Shown here piece by piece: positions 49,901 through 62,096 of a DNA stretch of 64,000 nt. This stretch comes from Selaginella moellendorffii (Eukaryota > Plantae > Lycopodiophyta). The translations under genes were made by a program, and so were the position numbers. The stretch spans positions 4,958,389 to 5,022,388 of the forward strand of contig NW_003314262.1 in NCBI RefSeq assembly GCF_000143415.4. Reading direction: 5' to 3'. Every line of letters starts with the position of its first letter. Position 1 is the stretch's first letter. The notes under the pieces were generated by a model. It had not been told where the DNA came from, searched no databases, and worked only from the letters and a program-made list of their open reading frames with translations.

Positions 49901-51931
49901 ATGCAAGAGAGCTCGAGTGTGCCTGGTCAGTGCCATCCCATTGCATATATAAGTCGTACATTACAACCAGCAGAGATGAACTACTCCACGACAGAGAAGG
50001 AGTGTTTAGTAGCAGTTTGGGGTTTCGAGAAACTTCATGCATATCTACATGGTTCTCGGACGTTACTTGAAGGTGACCATGCTACTGTTACTTCGTTATT
50101 AAAGCGAAAGAACCTAGTTGGTCGTACTGCTCGGTGGGCTTTGAAGCTTCAGATATATGATTTTGATGTTGTTCACCGCCCAGGGAGTTTTATGGCTGAT
50201 GCTGATGCCCTTTCTTGAGCTCCTTTTCCTTCTTCATTCTCTTCTCATGTTTCTGATGAGCCTGTCGTTCCAGCATCTGTGGATTTTCTAGACGAGGGTT
50301 CTGTGCCGTCGGCGGTTGCTATACTTGACGTTCAGTGTCCACAAGGTGCAGAGAAAGATCTACCTTCGCTTGATGAGGTTCGCGAGGCTCAAAAGATTGA
50401 GCCATGGATTCGAAGGCTTCGAGATGGGTTTGAGAATCTTGCATCACTTGCTGATGACTTGCCTTTCCGGCATTTACATTCTCAATATCGTCTTGAAGAT
50501 GGCCTTCTTTATTTTGTGGGGACAGATCCTGATGATCAATTACGACTGGTGGTGCCTTCTATATTTATTCCGCGGTTTCTCCATGCCTACCATGATTCTC
50601 CTGTTCTAGGTGGGCATATGGGACATCGTCGTGTAATCGAGAAGCTACGCAGGTCTTTCTATTGGCCGGAGATGCGACGTGATATTATCCGGTATGTGCG
50701 TAGCTGCGTTTGGTGCCAAGCTCGTAATACTCCCCCTCGGACTGCGGAAGGACGGTTGGAGTCAATTGCAGTTTCCCATCCGTTTGAATTGGTGGCATTT
50801 GATCTTATGGGACCTTTTCCACGGTCAACTGCTGGCAATGAGTATGTTATTATTGCTTCTGACTATTTGACTCGTTGGGTGGAAGTTGGTGCTCTTGCTA
50901 GTGCCTCTGCAACTGTTGTTGGATACTTCCTCCTCAATCGAGTGGTGTTCCAGCATTCTTGTCCAGAGCGGATTCTTTCGGATAATGGTCCCGCTTTTAT
51001 GGCTGAGGCGTTTCATGTTTTGACGTCTCGGTTGGGGATTTGCCACACTTTCACGAGTGCTTATCATCCACAATCAGACGGTCTGGTGGAACGGCTCGTT
51101 CGGACGTTCAAGGGGATGATTGCGAAGTATGTGAACTTTCAGCATTCGGATTGGGATGGTTATTTGCCGTCTCTTCAGTATGCATATGTCACTGGGGTGT
51201 AGAGTTCTGTTGGTGCTTCACCATATAAACTCCTATATGGTCATGATCCAATATTATCAATGGAGCTAGGTTTACCTTTGCGATTGCCACGAGCTGCGGA
51301 TGCTAAGTCATGGGATCAATATTTGACAAGCATTCTTCCACTTATCCGAGCGGAGTCTGCCAAATACTTAGGCTGCATACAAGTGGGACAACAACGATGC
51401 TACAACTCTCATCATTGTCCACCTATGGAGTACAAAGTGGATGATTTGGTGTTAGTCCGTTTTCCCCATCTTACGGTACGTGGTTTATCTAAGGGGCTCC
51501 TTGCATAGTGGAAAGGACCGTATCGGGTGTTGCGGCAAGTTGGACCACAAGTTTATGAGGTTCGGCATGACGTCCAGCAGGCCGATCCTTTAGAGATTGT
51601 GCATGTGCAGCAGTTGAAATGCTTCATACAAAGGGATCAAGAGCAGTTAATACCATCTACAGATCCGCCGATGCCTCCTCCTGATGTTCCTCCAGATCCC
51701 GGCCCGTCTACAAGAGAACCTTGATGGTCTTCCATTATCCTGAGAGGGGGGGATGATGTGAGGGCCAAGTGTACGGTTACGATGCCGTATAATAATATTA
51801 GCGTAATGGGATTTTGGTAGCTGTCGGATTAGTTTCAATCCGGACCACTCGCTCCTATATATAAACTAGGGTTTTTGGGCTAATGGATATGCACATTTTT
51901 GTATTCCCTTTCCATATTCCAAGCACTCACA
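46921..51931 (+). mobile_element. Full-length 5.0-kb Ty3/gypsy LTR retrotransposon, non-chromovirus, inactivated by stops and a frameshift
   Basis: 175-bp TG..CA LTRs at 46921-47095 and 51757-51931 (8 mismatches). PBS TGGTGGAGATGAGGGG; PPT 51742-51753. gag 47329-48261 with CCHC knuckle, PR VDTGS, RT FIDD, RH VDAS..EKEC, INT HHCC/DDE and WKGPY. Confidence 0.97.
48237..48300 (+). promoter_or_regulatory. -1 programmed ribosomal frameshift signal (slippery heptamer plus H-type pseudoknot)
   Basis: G GGA AAC at 48237-48243 in gag phase; 6-nt spacer; stem 1 48250-48258/48271-48279; stem 2 48261-48268/48293-48300. The -1 frame is the protease ORF. Confidence 0.8.
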
Positions 51932-52359
51932 AATTATATTTTCAAGTAGCTAACCATTACAACAAAACACCCAATAAACAAAAAGAATCCCAACAAAAAG
52001 TAACCCATAGTGAAAACTTCTAAATTTCCTAATCTTTTATCTTTCTTTCTCTCACTTATGAGTTACCTCTTGTTGAGATCTTTGCCACCCCTGTTGCAAT
52101 GGTCAACCACCTGAAAATACAAACAAATAAGAAAAAAAAATTAACTATCACAAAATATTACTTATTTCTTAACTTCATCCCACTACTCAGGAATATTTAC
52201 TACAACAAGTGCAACCTCGAGAAAAAAAGAAAGATCAAAAGTACTGCAAACTATCATAGCATCAGAACAAATTACCTCCTGCTCAAACTCTTGCTGCTGA
52301 GATATCTTGCGGTGATGGGCTGCCACCTAGGAAACGCAAGCAAGTAAAAAAAGGATGAT

Positions 52360-53040
52360 ATAAGCTATGGGCTTTCACAACGCAATACCTCTTCCTGCAA
52401 CTCATTACATGTCTTGCCGGACTCACTCCTGTCGTCGGGCGCTTTGAATTTCTTTCTATAGCAAGCATCCATTTCCCTGACGTTTTGCAACAATGGAAAA
52501 CGACATGAGAAAGGTAAGCACAGAAAAAGAGGAGGAAAGCTATAAGCTTTCAGAATACCTCTTTCTCCAACTCGTAAGATGTCTTGCCGGACTCACTCCT
52601 GTCATCACCTGCTTTGGATTTCTTCCAATGACAAGCTTCCATTTCCCTTCTCATCTGCAACTCGCCCGCCTGAGAAAGGCAAAAAAAAAAAAAAAAAAAA
52701 AAAACAAACAATGAAGAAAGCTATGAGCTTTCACCACGGAATACCTCTTTCTCCAACTCGTTGCCGCAATAGACCTTGCATTCACTCTTGCTGTCGTGAG
52801 CATTCCTATGGCAAGCATCCTCCCTTCTCTTTGTCTTCGACTCGTCGGAAGCCTTGCCACAATGAGAAACCCCATGAGAAAGGCATGCATGGAAATGAAG
52901 GAAGCTGTGAGCTTCACCACGCGATACCTCTTTCTCCAACTCGTCGGATGTCTTGCCGCAATGGAGCTTGGACTCACTGCTGCCATCGCACACCTTGGAT
53001 TTCTTCCCAAAGCGAGCGTCCATTTCCCACTTGCTGCCTC
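52360..53040. repeat. Four degenerate tandem units of about 170-187 bp
   Basis: The anchor tacctct(t)tctccaactc recurs at about 52386, 52556, 52743 and 52925. Confidence 0.8.
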
Positions 53041-53279
53041 TACGTCAAAGAAAACACAAACCCTTTAAGTTTATAAATATAAGGTATGGTAACCGTTTAT
53101 ATGAGTTTCACCATGAAAGAGGCCCACCTTGTTCTTTTCATCCTGGCCAAACCATGAAAACACATGTTCTCGTACCTTCAAGTACAGTAGAGCAATTTTC
53201 ACGCATTTTGTTACCCGGCACTGAAAGCGAACCAAAGAATAAGAAAAGAAGCACAATATCAAATACAAACCGGAAATGC

Positions 53280-54650
53280 CGTTAAGCATTTGTGCTGATT
53301 TCATCTATCCTTCACAGAGCTCCGCCAGCCTTTCTCGAATGAGGCTCACCTAGATAAAACACAGAAAATCTTTATACATGGAAGAAAGAAAAACTCCAAC
53401 CTGTTCTTCGAAGGAACAACACGGTTGAATCTGCGTTAGCGCGTCCGGCGCTATTTGCTTGTGCGTCTCCTCTCTTCTAGCTTCCAAAAACCATGCGAGA
53501 TCCTTGTCCGAGACCACTGCAGAAGCATATACGAGCTCGATATCTTCCTGAATTTCCACACAAACTCACTGTGATTAACGAAGGCCTTCCGCATGGTCTG
53601 CGCTGGGGGGGGGGGGGGGGGGAGAGAGAGAGAGACCACGTCACATACCGCACTAGAACCATGCATGGAGCGATCCATTTCATCGAGCATATAGACATTC
53701 GCACAGGAGAATAATTGAGACCTGTCACAAAAGAGCAAAAGTTCTGGCCCGAATACATAAGTTTGACAGGGCTCACAGCTTTGGTTGATCATAATCACAC
53801 CATCGTCGGCCACATGTTCACAAAGTACTGAGATCACAGTTCCTTAGTCTCCTTTCAAAAGTGAATCGCTACATCTTAAGTCCAGGAAACAGAAAAGAAA
53901 TACAACTATTACCTTTGCCGATCGGGGAAGATCGGAGGACGTGTCGAGCCATGATGCACCTTAGAGAGTCTCTGTGAGTGTTTCCGACGGTATCCCTTTG
54001 TTCATCATGCTGTCGAGAACGATCTGCAATAACAGTTTCTCAAGTGGTCAATGGATCCTCGCATACGATCTTCCGAGATCACCTCCTGAAAACGATTTGC
54101 ATTCATCAGGATTTTGTCAAACTCCGATTTGCAGGTTGGATCTAACAGAACAAGAAACTTACCAAGAGCTTCACAAGTAGCCAAGTTGTATTCGCTCCTT
54201 AAGGCGTACAGTCGTGCTGAGAGAAACAAAACCTAAATGAACAGATGCCTGAAGCTTTTATTCATCGCACCTGAATGGCAGAAAGTCATGGAGATGCTCT
54301 CCCGGGGTCCATGGTCGACCAGGCCGGTGCGACGCTTGATACCGTCGGGTGCCAGCACGCCGCGACCATCTCGAGGAAGGGTCGCTTGTCCGCCTTCCAC
54401 GAGACCAGATTCCTCCATCTTGTCCAAAGCTCTAGAGGTTGCTACTCCTGGATCTAGAAAGGCATTCCATCAGACTCAAGAAAGAAGGGAGGGATTCACT
54501 CACCTCACAGGGGCCTTGCAAGCCGAGAAGAACGCCATGGATCCTTGAAAGGCACTGTTGCGCAAATCGATCGGTCGGCGGCTGTAGAAAGCCTCGATTT
54601 TTGAAACCGGGCGGCCGGTTGCTCCACCGACAGCAGCCGGTTGCCATGGG
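53280..54650 (-). pseudogene. Probable multi-exon pseudogene of unknown function
   Basis: GC-rich, exon-like segments bounded by GT/AG sites, with stops. No family recognised. Confidence 0.3.
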
Positions 54651-54766
54651 ATATTCCGCGTTACTTGAGAGTAGTAGATAATTTTTTCAATTTGAAAAGA
54701 TGTAATTGTAGTTGTAATTGTTTAATGTATTTCCTTTTCTTGCTTTTTTTTAACGTGTTTATTTTA

Positions 54767-56120
54767 TAGGTTGCTATTAAGGCTTACAGCTTTGATTCCA
54801 ATGTGTCCATTCTATAGCTTTACCAAGTTTGCAAGTTATTCACACTTTTCATTTGTGTTGTTTTTTTCTTGCACTAATTAGTTTTTCTCATGACAAGTTT
54901 GAGCCACAAATCACATACATCATGCAGCAATGGGAATAACAATAGTTTTGTGACCCTTTTGTGGAAATCCACATTCACAATTAAGTTCTTAAGCACATTT
55001 CTCAAAAATAGAGCTATACCTTGGCTTCACAGAAATTGCTTAATGAAAAAAGCAGCATTACCAAAAAGCTTTATAAATAACTGAAGGAATAGAGTGACCA
55101 TGACAAGGAAAAAAAAAGGATACATACCTTAAGTGGTTATTAGGGAGAGAGTAATAGGAGTGGTAGAAGACTAGACTAGTGTTGTGTAGCATTTAAAAGG
55201 TTACAAAACATAAATGAGGCACCAGACACCAAGAAAAAGAAAATAAAACAAAACAATCATCAAAAGATAAGCCAGAAACTTGCTTAAAACTCTCAGCCAG
55301 CATGAATAATAAAGTTCCTTACCTTGTTATTACTACTAGTTGCTATTGCAACTTACAACTTTGATTCTAATCTGTGCCTTCTATGGCTTTTGGTTTTTCT
55401 CATGACCAGCTTGAGCAACAAAATCACAAACATCATGCAGCAATGGAAGTAGCAACAAGGTGGTGACCCTTGTGGAAATCAACCTACTGTAAAAAGAGCA
55501 CAGAATTTCAAGATTCCTAGCCTCATCCTTCTTTTACTAGATTCTACTTTTGCCCCACTAGGATTTTGGCGATGTGGCTTTGTGGAGTGATCCTTGTGAT
55601 GGTGGTGATGCTATTGAACATGAAAAAACTAGTTTTGGGTCAATAGCAATTAGCTGGTTCCATTCTTCTAGAAATGGGATTCACCCAACTAGCAGAGAGT
55701 CTCTCAATGTCTAGAATGTATAAGCCATGTGTAGAGAGCGAAGAACATAGTCATCATGTCTTTATTGTATGGCATCCAAGAGCATTGTGCTATGGAACTT
55801 ACAGTTGGGTAAGAGATATCAAATAAGGAGAACTTTAACTCAAGAAACTTTGCCATGCTCAGTAGGGGATGAGTAATTCACACAGTAGACTTGGATACAT
55901 AACTCCATGCAATGTTGACAACATCAAATGAGAAAGAGGGAGCATGACAAGGAAATTGATGCAAGCATAACAAGGAAAAGAAAGACTACACATAGGCCAT
56001 CTAGGAGAGAGTAACAAGAGTGGTAGGAGATCAGATTGGTGGTGTGTAGCATTCAAAAGGCTGAAAAACAGAGGTGAGGTATCAGACACCAAGAAAAAGA
56101 AAACAAAATGAAAGAATGAT
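54767..56120. repeat. Diverged tandem duplication
   Basis: About 54767-55265 matches 55338-55480 plus 55940-56120 (e.g. catcatgcagcaatgg, cagacaccaagaaaaagaaaa). Confidence 0.8.
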
Positions 56121-57015
56121 CGAAATCAACAAATATGAGCAAGGTAAGAAAATCATAAATTCAGTGCAAATGATGTTACCTGCTGAAAAATCTGCAAATG
56201 GTGTTCCTTTTTCCTTATTCCTAGTGACTTCACATTGGGAGCTAAGAAGTATTCCAAGCCATAGTGCTTCTGACCTCATGGAATAAAAAACGTTCTAGTT
56301 TCTATCGAGCCCTAGCATAGAGCTCCAAAGAACATCATCAAAAAAACTTAGCAAGGTATGAATCAAAAGATTCTATCCAGTTTATCTCCATCTGAAAATC
56401 CCTGTTAAAAGCACTTTTGACATGGCTTAAATGTTTTGGAGACAATGATGTGCACAATGCCCTCCTATCTAGAGGAGCTAAGACAAGATTTTACACAAAG
56501 TGCTCAAGCTATCTTACTTTTGTCTACCCTCCCAAGGTTTAAAACTCTACTCTTTACCAGGAAGTTTTTCTGAGCCCCTCACCCAAGCTGTGATCCTCCA
56601 TATACAGCCTAATCAGCAATTTCAGTGTCTAAGCATTTCAAAGATAAGAGCAACTTATAAAATGGCAACTATGCAAAAGTATGGACGTTTTCTCATGAGT
56701 ATGGACTTTTGGCTCCACCTAGCAGGCATCTTACTTAGTGTAGCAATTTTATCTGCAAGTTGTATCTTTTTCCTTAGAGTATACATCCACATTTGTGAGT
56801 ACAAGCAATTCAATTTGAAGGAAAAACATGGTCAACTACTCATGACATCATGAGAGAACCCTAATGTATCATCTATTGTTATTTAATACAAGAAGTTTAA
56901 ATTTGAATAGTATTGGGTTGAATAGTTTCCTACAAAGTCCATATTAAAAAGCTTTCGTCCAAAAAAAGTCTAAATTTAGGAACTTATAATATCATTATAT
57001 TTTAGATTTCTTAAT

Positions 57016-57051
<36 letters not shown>

Positions 57052-57644
57052 CACACATGTATATATGTTTTAATTAGAAGAATAACTAAAATTTTCTAAT
57101 AAGTGCTGTCACATGTTGAAATTATTGATTTATTTACCTTATAGAGTAGTTGCATTCTACATCTAAAAATGTACAAACTATAGTTATCACAAATCTACAT
57201 AAGTATTATGTTAGGGGTGGATCAGGTCATATTGCATCCATGTAGACAGGTTTTATAGTTCTTAATTGGGAATAAATGGACTATAAATAATTTTATATAA
57301 TGCCTCAAATTGAGATATAGGAATTCTCTTGTTTATGGACACATAGAATTACCACAATTGTCTTGTGGATTGTTAAAACATTGATGTAAACCAAGGTCAA
57401 GTACATCACAACAATAAAAAGCCATATCATCAGCCTGACCTGTAGACCTTTATAAAGAAACTATCTTGCTCTGCTGTTGCTAAAGCTAAAGCAAATAAAA
57501 TTGAAGTTTAAAGTTGATTAATCTATAATTTATTTATCAGGCGAATCTAAGATATGACAAGGAATATTCTAAAATCGATAGAAAGCGTATAATTTGAAAA
57601 CGTTTATATAAACCCTAGTCTCTGGCTTGATCCTGTCTCAGGGC

Positions 57645-58550
57645 ATGGCGTCCTCTCCCGCATTTGGCTGTGCGGATCGATTCGTGGTGGCGCCGCCTCT
57701 CGCGCCTTCGTCAACGGCCCATTTCGGTGAGTGCATGGGTTGGAAAAAATGGGCATGAAAATTCGGGGCTGGATTCTCAGGTTCCAGGCTGCCCTGTTTG
57801 AGACAGAGGGAATTTTGCTTGAGTGGTGGTGGTCGGCGGCAGTGGGGGGAAGTTTTCACTGCCCAGGGTTTTTTCGGGAAGAAGGAGAACACGGAGAGCA
57901 ATTCCGAGGATGGAAGCAAGAAGGTATGTCTAGAAGAAGAATTTGCGTTGTGGTGATTGTATTCTTTTAGGGAGGAGGAGGGATTTTTGGAAATATGCAA
58001 GAGCTCTACCAAACTGTTCGAAAAGCCCAGCAAGTCGTGCAAGTGGAGGCCGTGAAGGTGCAGAAGGAACTAGCTGCGTAAGGCGATATGTTTTTCCTCC
58101 ATTGCTTTCGTTGTTACTGAGGCAAACGTTTGCAGCACCGAGTTTGATGGATACTGCGAGGGCGAACTTGTGAAGGTGAGAAAGCTTCCAACTTCTTTTG
58201 ATTTGGATTTATTTCCAATTAACTTGTGCAAGCAAAGCAGGCTGTTCTTTCCGGAAACCAAGAACCTTTGAGAGTTGAGATCACCGAGGCGGCGATGGAG
58301 CTCGGGGCGGAGGTAAGAAACCATCTCCTTAAAGCTGAGATTACTTATCAAAATCTCTCGCAGAAACTGTCGCTACTGGTGAATGACGCGTACAAGGATG
58401 CACACCAGAAAAGTGTCATGGTAAGCAAATGCCTGGTAGAAGAAACGGAAACGAGTGACACTGATCTCGAAACTTGTCCAGGCTATGAAGGAACGCATGA
58501 AGAACTTAGCGGAGAGCTTGGGGATGCCTCCCGGCTTGACACCCAGCTGA
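57645..58550 (+). CDS. Plastid YbaB/EbfC-family nucleoid-associated protein (STIC2-like), 7 exons
   Basis: Transit-peptide-like start; GNMQELYQTVRKAQQVVQVEAVKVQKELA, EFDGYCEGELVK, LSGNQEPLRVEITEAAMELG, AYKDAHQKSV, MKERMKNLAESLGMP. Telo-box AAACCCTA at about 57610. Confidence 0.92.
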
Positions 58551-59519
58551 AACGCACAAACGTGGATATAGCCTGGTTCCACAGTTTTGTACTCGCGGTA
58601 AAGCAGTAAGCTGCTATTTTTCTGCGCTCGCCCTTCAATCACAAACTCGTCTGGAACTTCCTGATCTCCCGCATTGACCCATCAACGTTGAGGCTAAATC
58701 ACACGACTGGCCTCGTCACAGGTACGCCAAAGTCTCCGAAATTTCCTTTAACTTTCAAAGCTTGGATTTCTCGGCTGTGGGATTTCATTCTCTAACAAGG
58801 CTCTGATCGTGTAAGTTTTTGAGAGCAAAGAAAAAGGGGGACAATCATTTGGATGCGAGTCGCGATCAGGCTTTGTCCATCACAAACCATGCAGAGCGAT
58901 GTAATTCCATAACAGCGAAGTGTACTCCGAACAGGGAGGTAGGGCCTCTCACCGCTTGTTTTTTGTTCTTCCTTTCTCTCTCTCGCTCTCCAGCAAAAGT
59001 AGAATGGTTTGGTTGCGGAGAGGCCAGCCAGCTGAATCTCGTCGCCTTTAAACCATCCAAAATCTTTTTTTGCGAGGAAGAACAGCTCGAAAAAAAGAAA
59101 GAGAAAAGAACGAACAGTGGTGGGTATGTTAGTCGTAGAGGCATTTTGTCACTTCTCTGTGGAGTAGCCATCGCATGGAAGGGACCGCACAAGAATTCCC
59201 TGTCATTAAACTGGCAGCTAGTCTTGTGTTTCAATGTTGGACGAGAGTTGGTGATAGAAAATCTTATAAAGTGTTTTGTATCTTGACTTCATCATATTAA
59301 TGCTAGAGTGCTAGTATATTCTAGTATCTTTTCACATCCAACGGTTGTCTTTAATTTAGTGATTTGTTGTGGTGAAGTATATAATGTTTTTGAGTTGAGA
59401 TGACTTTTCTATTTCCAAATTGCTTTCTTTCTTCAACAGGTGGATAAATACAAAAGCCGTACATGCTGACAATGTATGTACAGCGACAAGCCGTAAGCAG
59501 AGCCACCGTAGCGCAACCT

Positions 59520-59700
59520 CCAGCCAATGGGAAGGCACGGCCCAGATTTTGCGCTCCCGGGCGCCCCCAATCACAAATTGCCATCTCATTTCCGATAAGG
59601 ATTTCGCGGGCCCTTTAGTCCACGTCACTCTCGCAGCGCGCCCAGATTCAAATATTTGAAAACTTCGAATATCAGGGCTTTCCAGTGGGGACCGTAGCAT
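59520..59700 (+). promoter_or_regulatory. Putative light/clock cis-element cluster upstream of the CONSTANS-like gene
   Basis: Two CCAAT; AAAATCT (minus, 59544-59550); GATAAG 59594-59599; GGGCCC 59608-59613; CCACGTCA 59620-59627; GTGGGGACC about 59685. Confidence 0.45.
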
Positions 59701-60230
59701 GGACCCATACGCTGCTCTCTCTGGGTCGCTGTCCACTCTTTTTTCTCTCCCTTTGTAATTGAAGCTGCTACCGCGACTGCTGGAGCCAAAGTTTTATTTT
59801 GCCCCTCGCCCACCTCTGGACAATCTTCTGCCACTGTTCTCTCGCTCGCCAATAATCAATCCCATCAAAAGCGGTGAGCAGCACTAGCAGCAGCTGAACG
59901 AGCGAGCGAGCTTTGCTTTCGAGCCCTCCTGTTCCTCGCTTAAAAGCTGTGACGCGGTTTTGATCTCTCCTCCTGTGTGTCACTCTGCCATGTCCTCGAC
60001 TGCCGCGATGATTTGATGCGATATCGATGTGATCTTCTTTCCCTTTGCCTTTCTCCTTCCCTGTAAGTAGCCCGAGCTTCCCATTGGCTTGAGCAACTGG
60101 CGCGTGCTCGGCGGAGGGGATAACACCTTTCCACAATTCCTCTCGGACAGCTTCAAGGCTTCTCTGCTTCTTCTTCTCTTTCTTAGCGCCTGTCGGTGCG
60201 AGAACGCTGAGGTTGTTATAAGCAGGAGAT

Positions 60231-61706
60231 ATGGAAAAGGCGAGTAGTACCTCCAAGTCTAGTAGTAATCTGGCCGCCACGGCCATGGCAATAGCAGGAA
60301 GAGCTCTCCGTCCCTGTGATGTCTGCGGTCGTGAGCGAGCGAAATGGTTTTGCAAGGCGGACGAGGCGTACCTGTGCGAGAACTGTGATGGTTCCGTCCA
60401 TGGAGCCAACGCCGTCTCTCTTCGCCACGAGCGCTTCCGTATGGGTCCAAATGGTATGCTCATGAAGAACGTCAAGCGGGTGTCTAAGTTCCAGCTCGCG
60501 GAGGATATCTCTCCCACGAACTCTGCTGCTGCTGTTACTGCTGCTTGTGCCAAGGATAGCCACTGTCCCCCGAGGAAGAAGCCCAGATCAAGTCGTTCCC
60601 ATTCTCTCGGATCAAATTCCTCCAAGGAGAGTGGCAAAGTTAAAGCAGAGCCGAAGAGTCCCAAGGAGTACGCAGCCGAATTCCAGCCTTGCCAGGAGTC
60701 TTCTCACGAGGTTCCCATCTTTGATCCACTTCTCGAAGACTTTGCAGCCAGTGATGATAATTCACTGGGATGTACTGTCCCCTGTGCCACTCCACCCGAC
60801 GAAGACGACGAGGAGATGTGCTTCACCGTGCCAGACGACTGTGATCTCGACGGCTTCCTCGACAGCGAAGCAGATCTGGGCGTTATGGACGGGATCATCT
60901 CGGGAACCATTGAAATGGACGGAATTGCAGACCTTGGGGACGTACTAGGCGAGTCCGAGTGCAAAACTTTCACGCACGACAGCTTCGGCATCGACTTCCC
61001 GGCGATCTTCCACAGTCCCTCCCCGAACAGCGATGGATCCGTCGCAGATGCCTTTGACTCTGCTGATGCCGTGAAAGTAAAGACCGAGGAGGCCGAGGAG
61101 CTGGACAAGATCAAGCTGGAAGTCGACGAGATGCTCGGCTTTGCGTTCAGTTCCGCCAGCACAGTCAAGGAAGAGGAGGTCGAGAAGAAGATCACGCTGA
61201 AGCTTGACTACGAGGACGTCCTCAATGCATGGTCTGATCGAGGGCCTTTCTGGACGGAGGGACCTCGGCCTCAAACAGTTCCAGACGATTCTCTCTTTGA
61301 TCCCGCGGTAAGTCTCTTGATCCTGCAGTTCCGTATCAGTTTGGTAACAAATATTGTCTACAGAGTACCTTGGACTATGGACTGGTTCCCGATTTTTGCA
61401 TGGAAAGTACGGAAGTTGAGGCGGTTGGACAGGTACCGGTTGTAAACTTCGGGGAGGATAGACTTACTCCACAAGGCGGAAGAGAAGCTCGTGTCATGAG
61501 ATACAGAGAAAAACGGAGAACTCGACTGTTTTCCAAGAAGATCCGCTACGAGGTCCGGAAACTCAATGCTGAAAGAAGGCCACGGCTAAAGGTTAGTATC
61601 GACAGTGAAAAAAATAAGAAAGAAAAACAGTACCTTTTATAACTGATCGTGTTTTCTTGTTCAGGGTCGCTTTGTAAAAAGAACCAACAGCACGCCCCAC
61701 GCCTGA
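60231..61706 (+). CDS. COL: CONSTANS-like single B-box plus CCT protein (COL16-type group)
   Basis: B-box CDVC...[26 protein letters not shown]; [13 protein letters not shown]; [46 protein letters not shown]; introns 61308-61363 and 61592-61664. Confidence 0.93.
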
Positions 61707-62096
61707 AGCCTTCGAATTCCTCTTTTAACATAGCTGAGATCATGTATACTAGCGGCACTGCCCTGTTACAAATATGTAACTCAAATGTGTCCCCAATGAG
61801 AGCATGATGTACCTATTCATCGAGAGTAACGGAAAAAAGGAACGAGAAACTTAGAAGCCAAACCTTGCAGTGTACATTCTATATACTATAAAAAGTACCA
61901 TACTGTACCTCCTAGAACATAATCTCTACTCACTCTTGCCGTTGGCGATGTTCCTGACAGACAACAAATGAGTTTCAAAGTCTTAACAGAACTTCAACAC
62001 CTGAACTGCACTAAACAAAAGAAAGTAAGATAAAGATTGAAAACACTTGACCTGGCTCCCTAAACAGAATAAGCCAGGGTAACAGCGCTGTACATG

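Noticed and set aside
46916-51936. Target-site duplication for the full-length gypsy
   Set aside because: The flanks TGATT and AATTA give at best a 3/4 match, so no TSD is claimed.
52360-53040. Regularly spaced repeats as a CRISPR array
   Set aside because: Eukaryotic context, degenerate units of about 180 bp with homologous spacers, and no cas genes.
59768-60664. 298-aa minus-strand ORF
   Set aside because: Antisense to the COL gene and its leader, with no recognisable domain.
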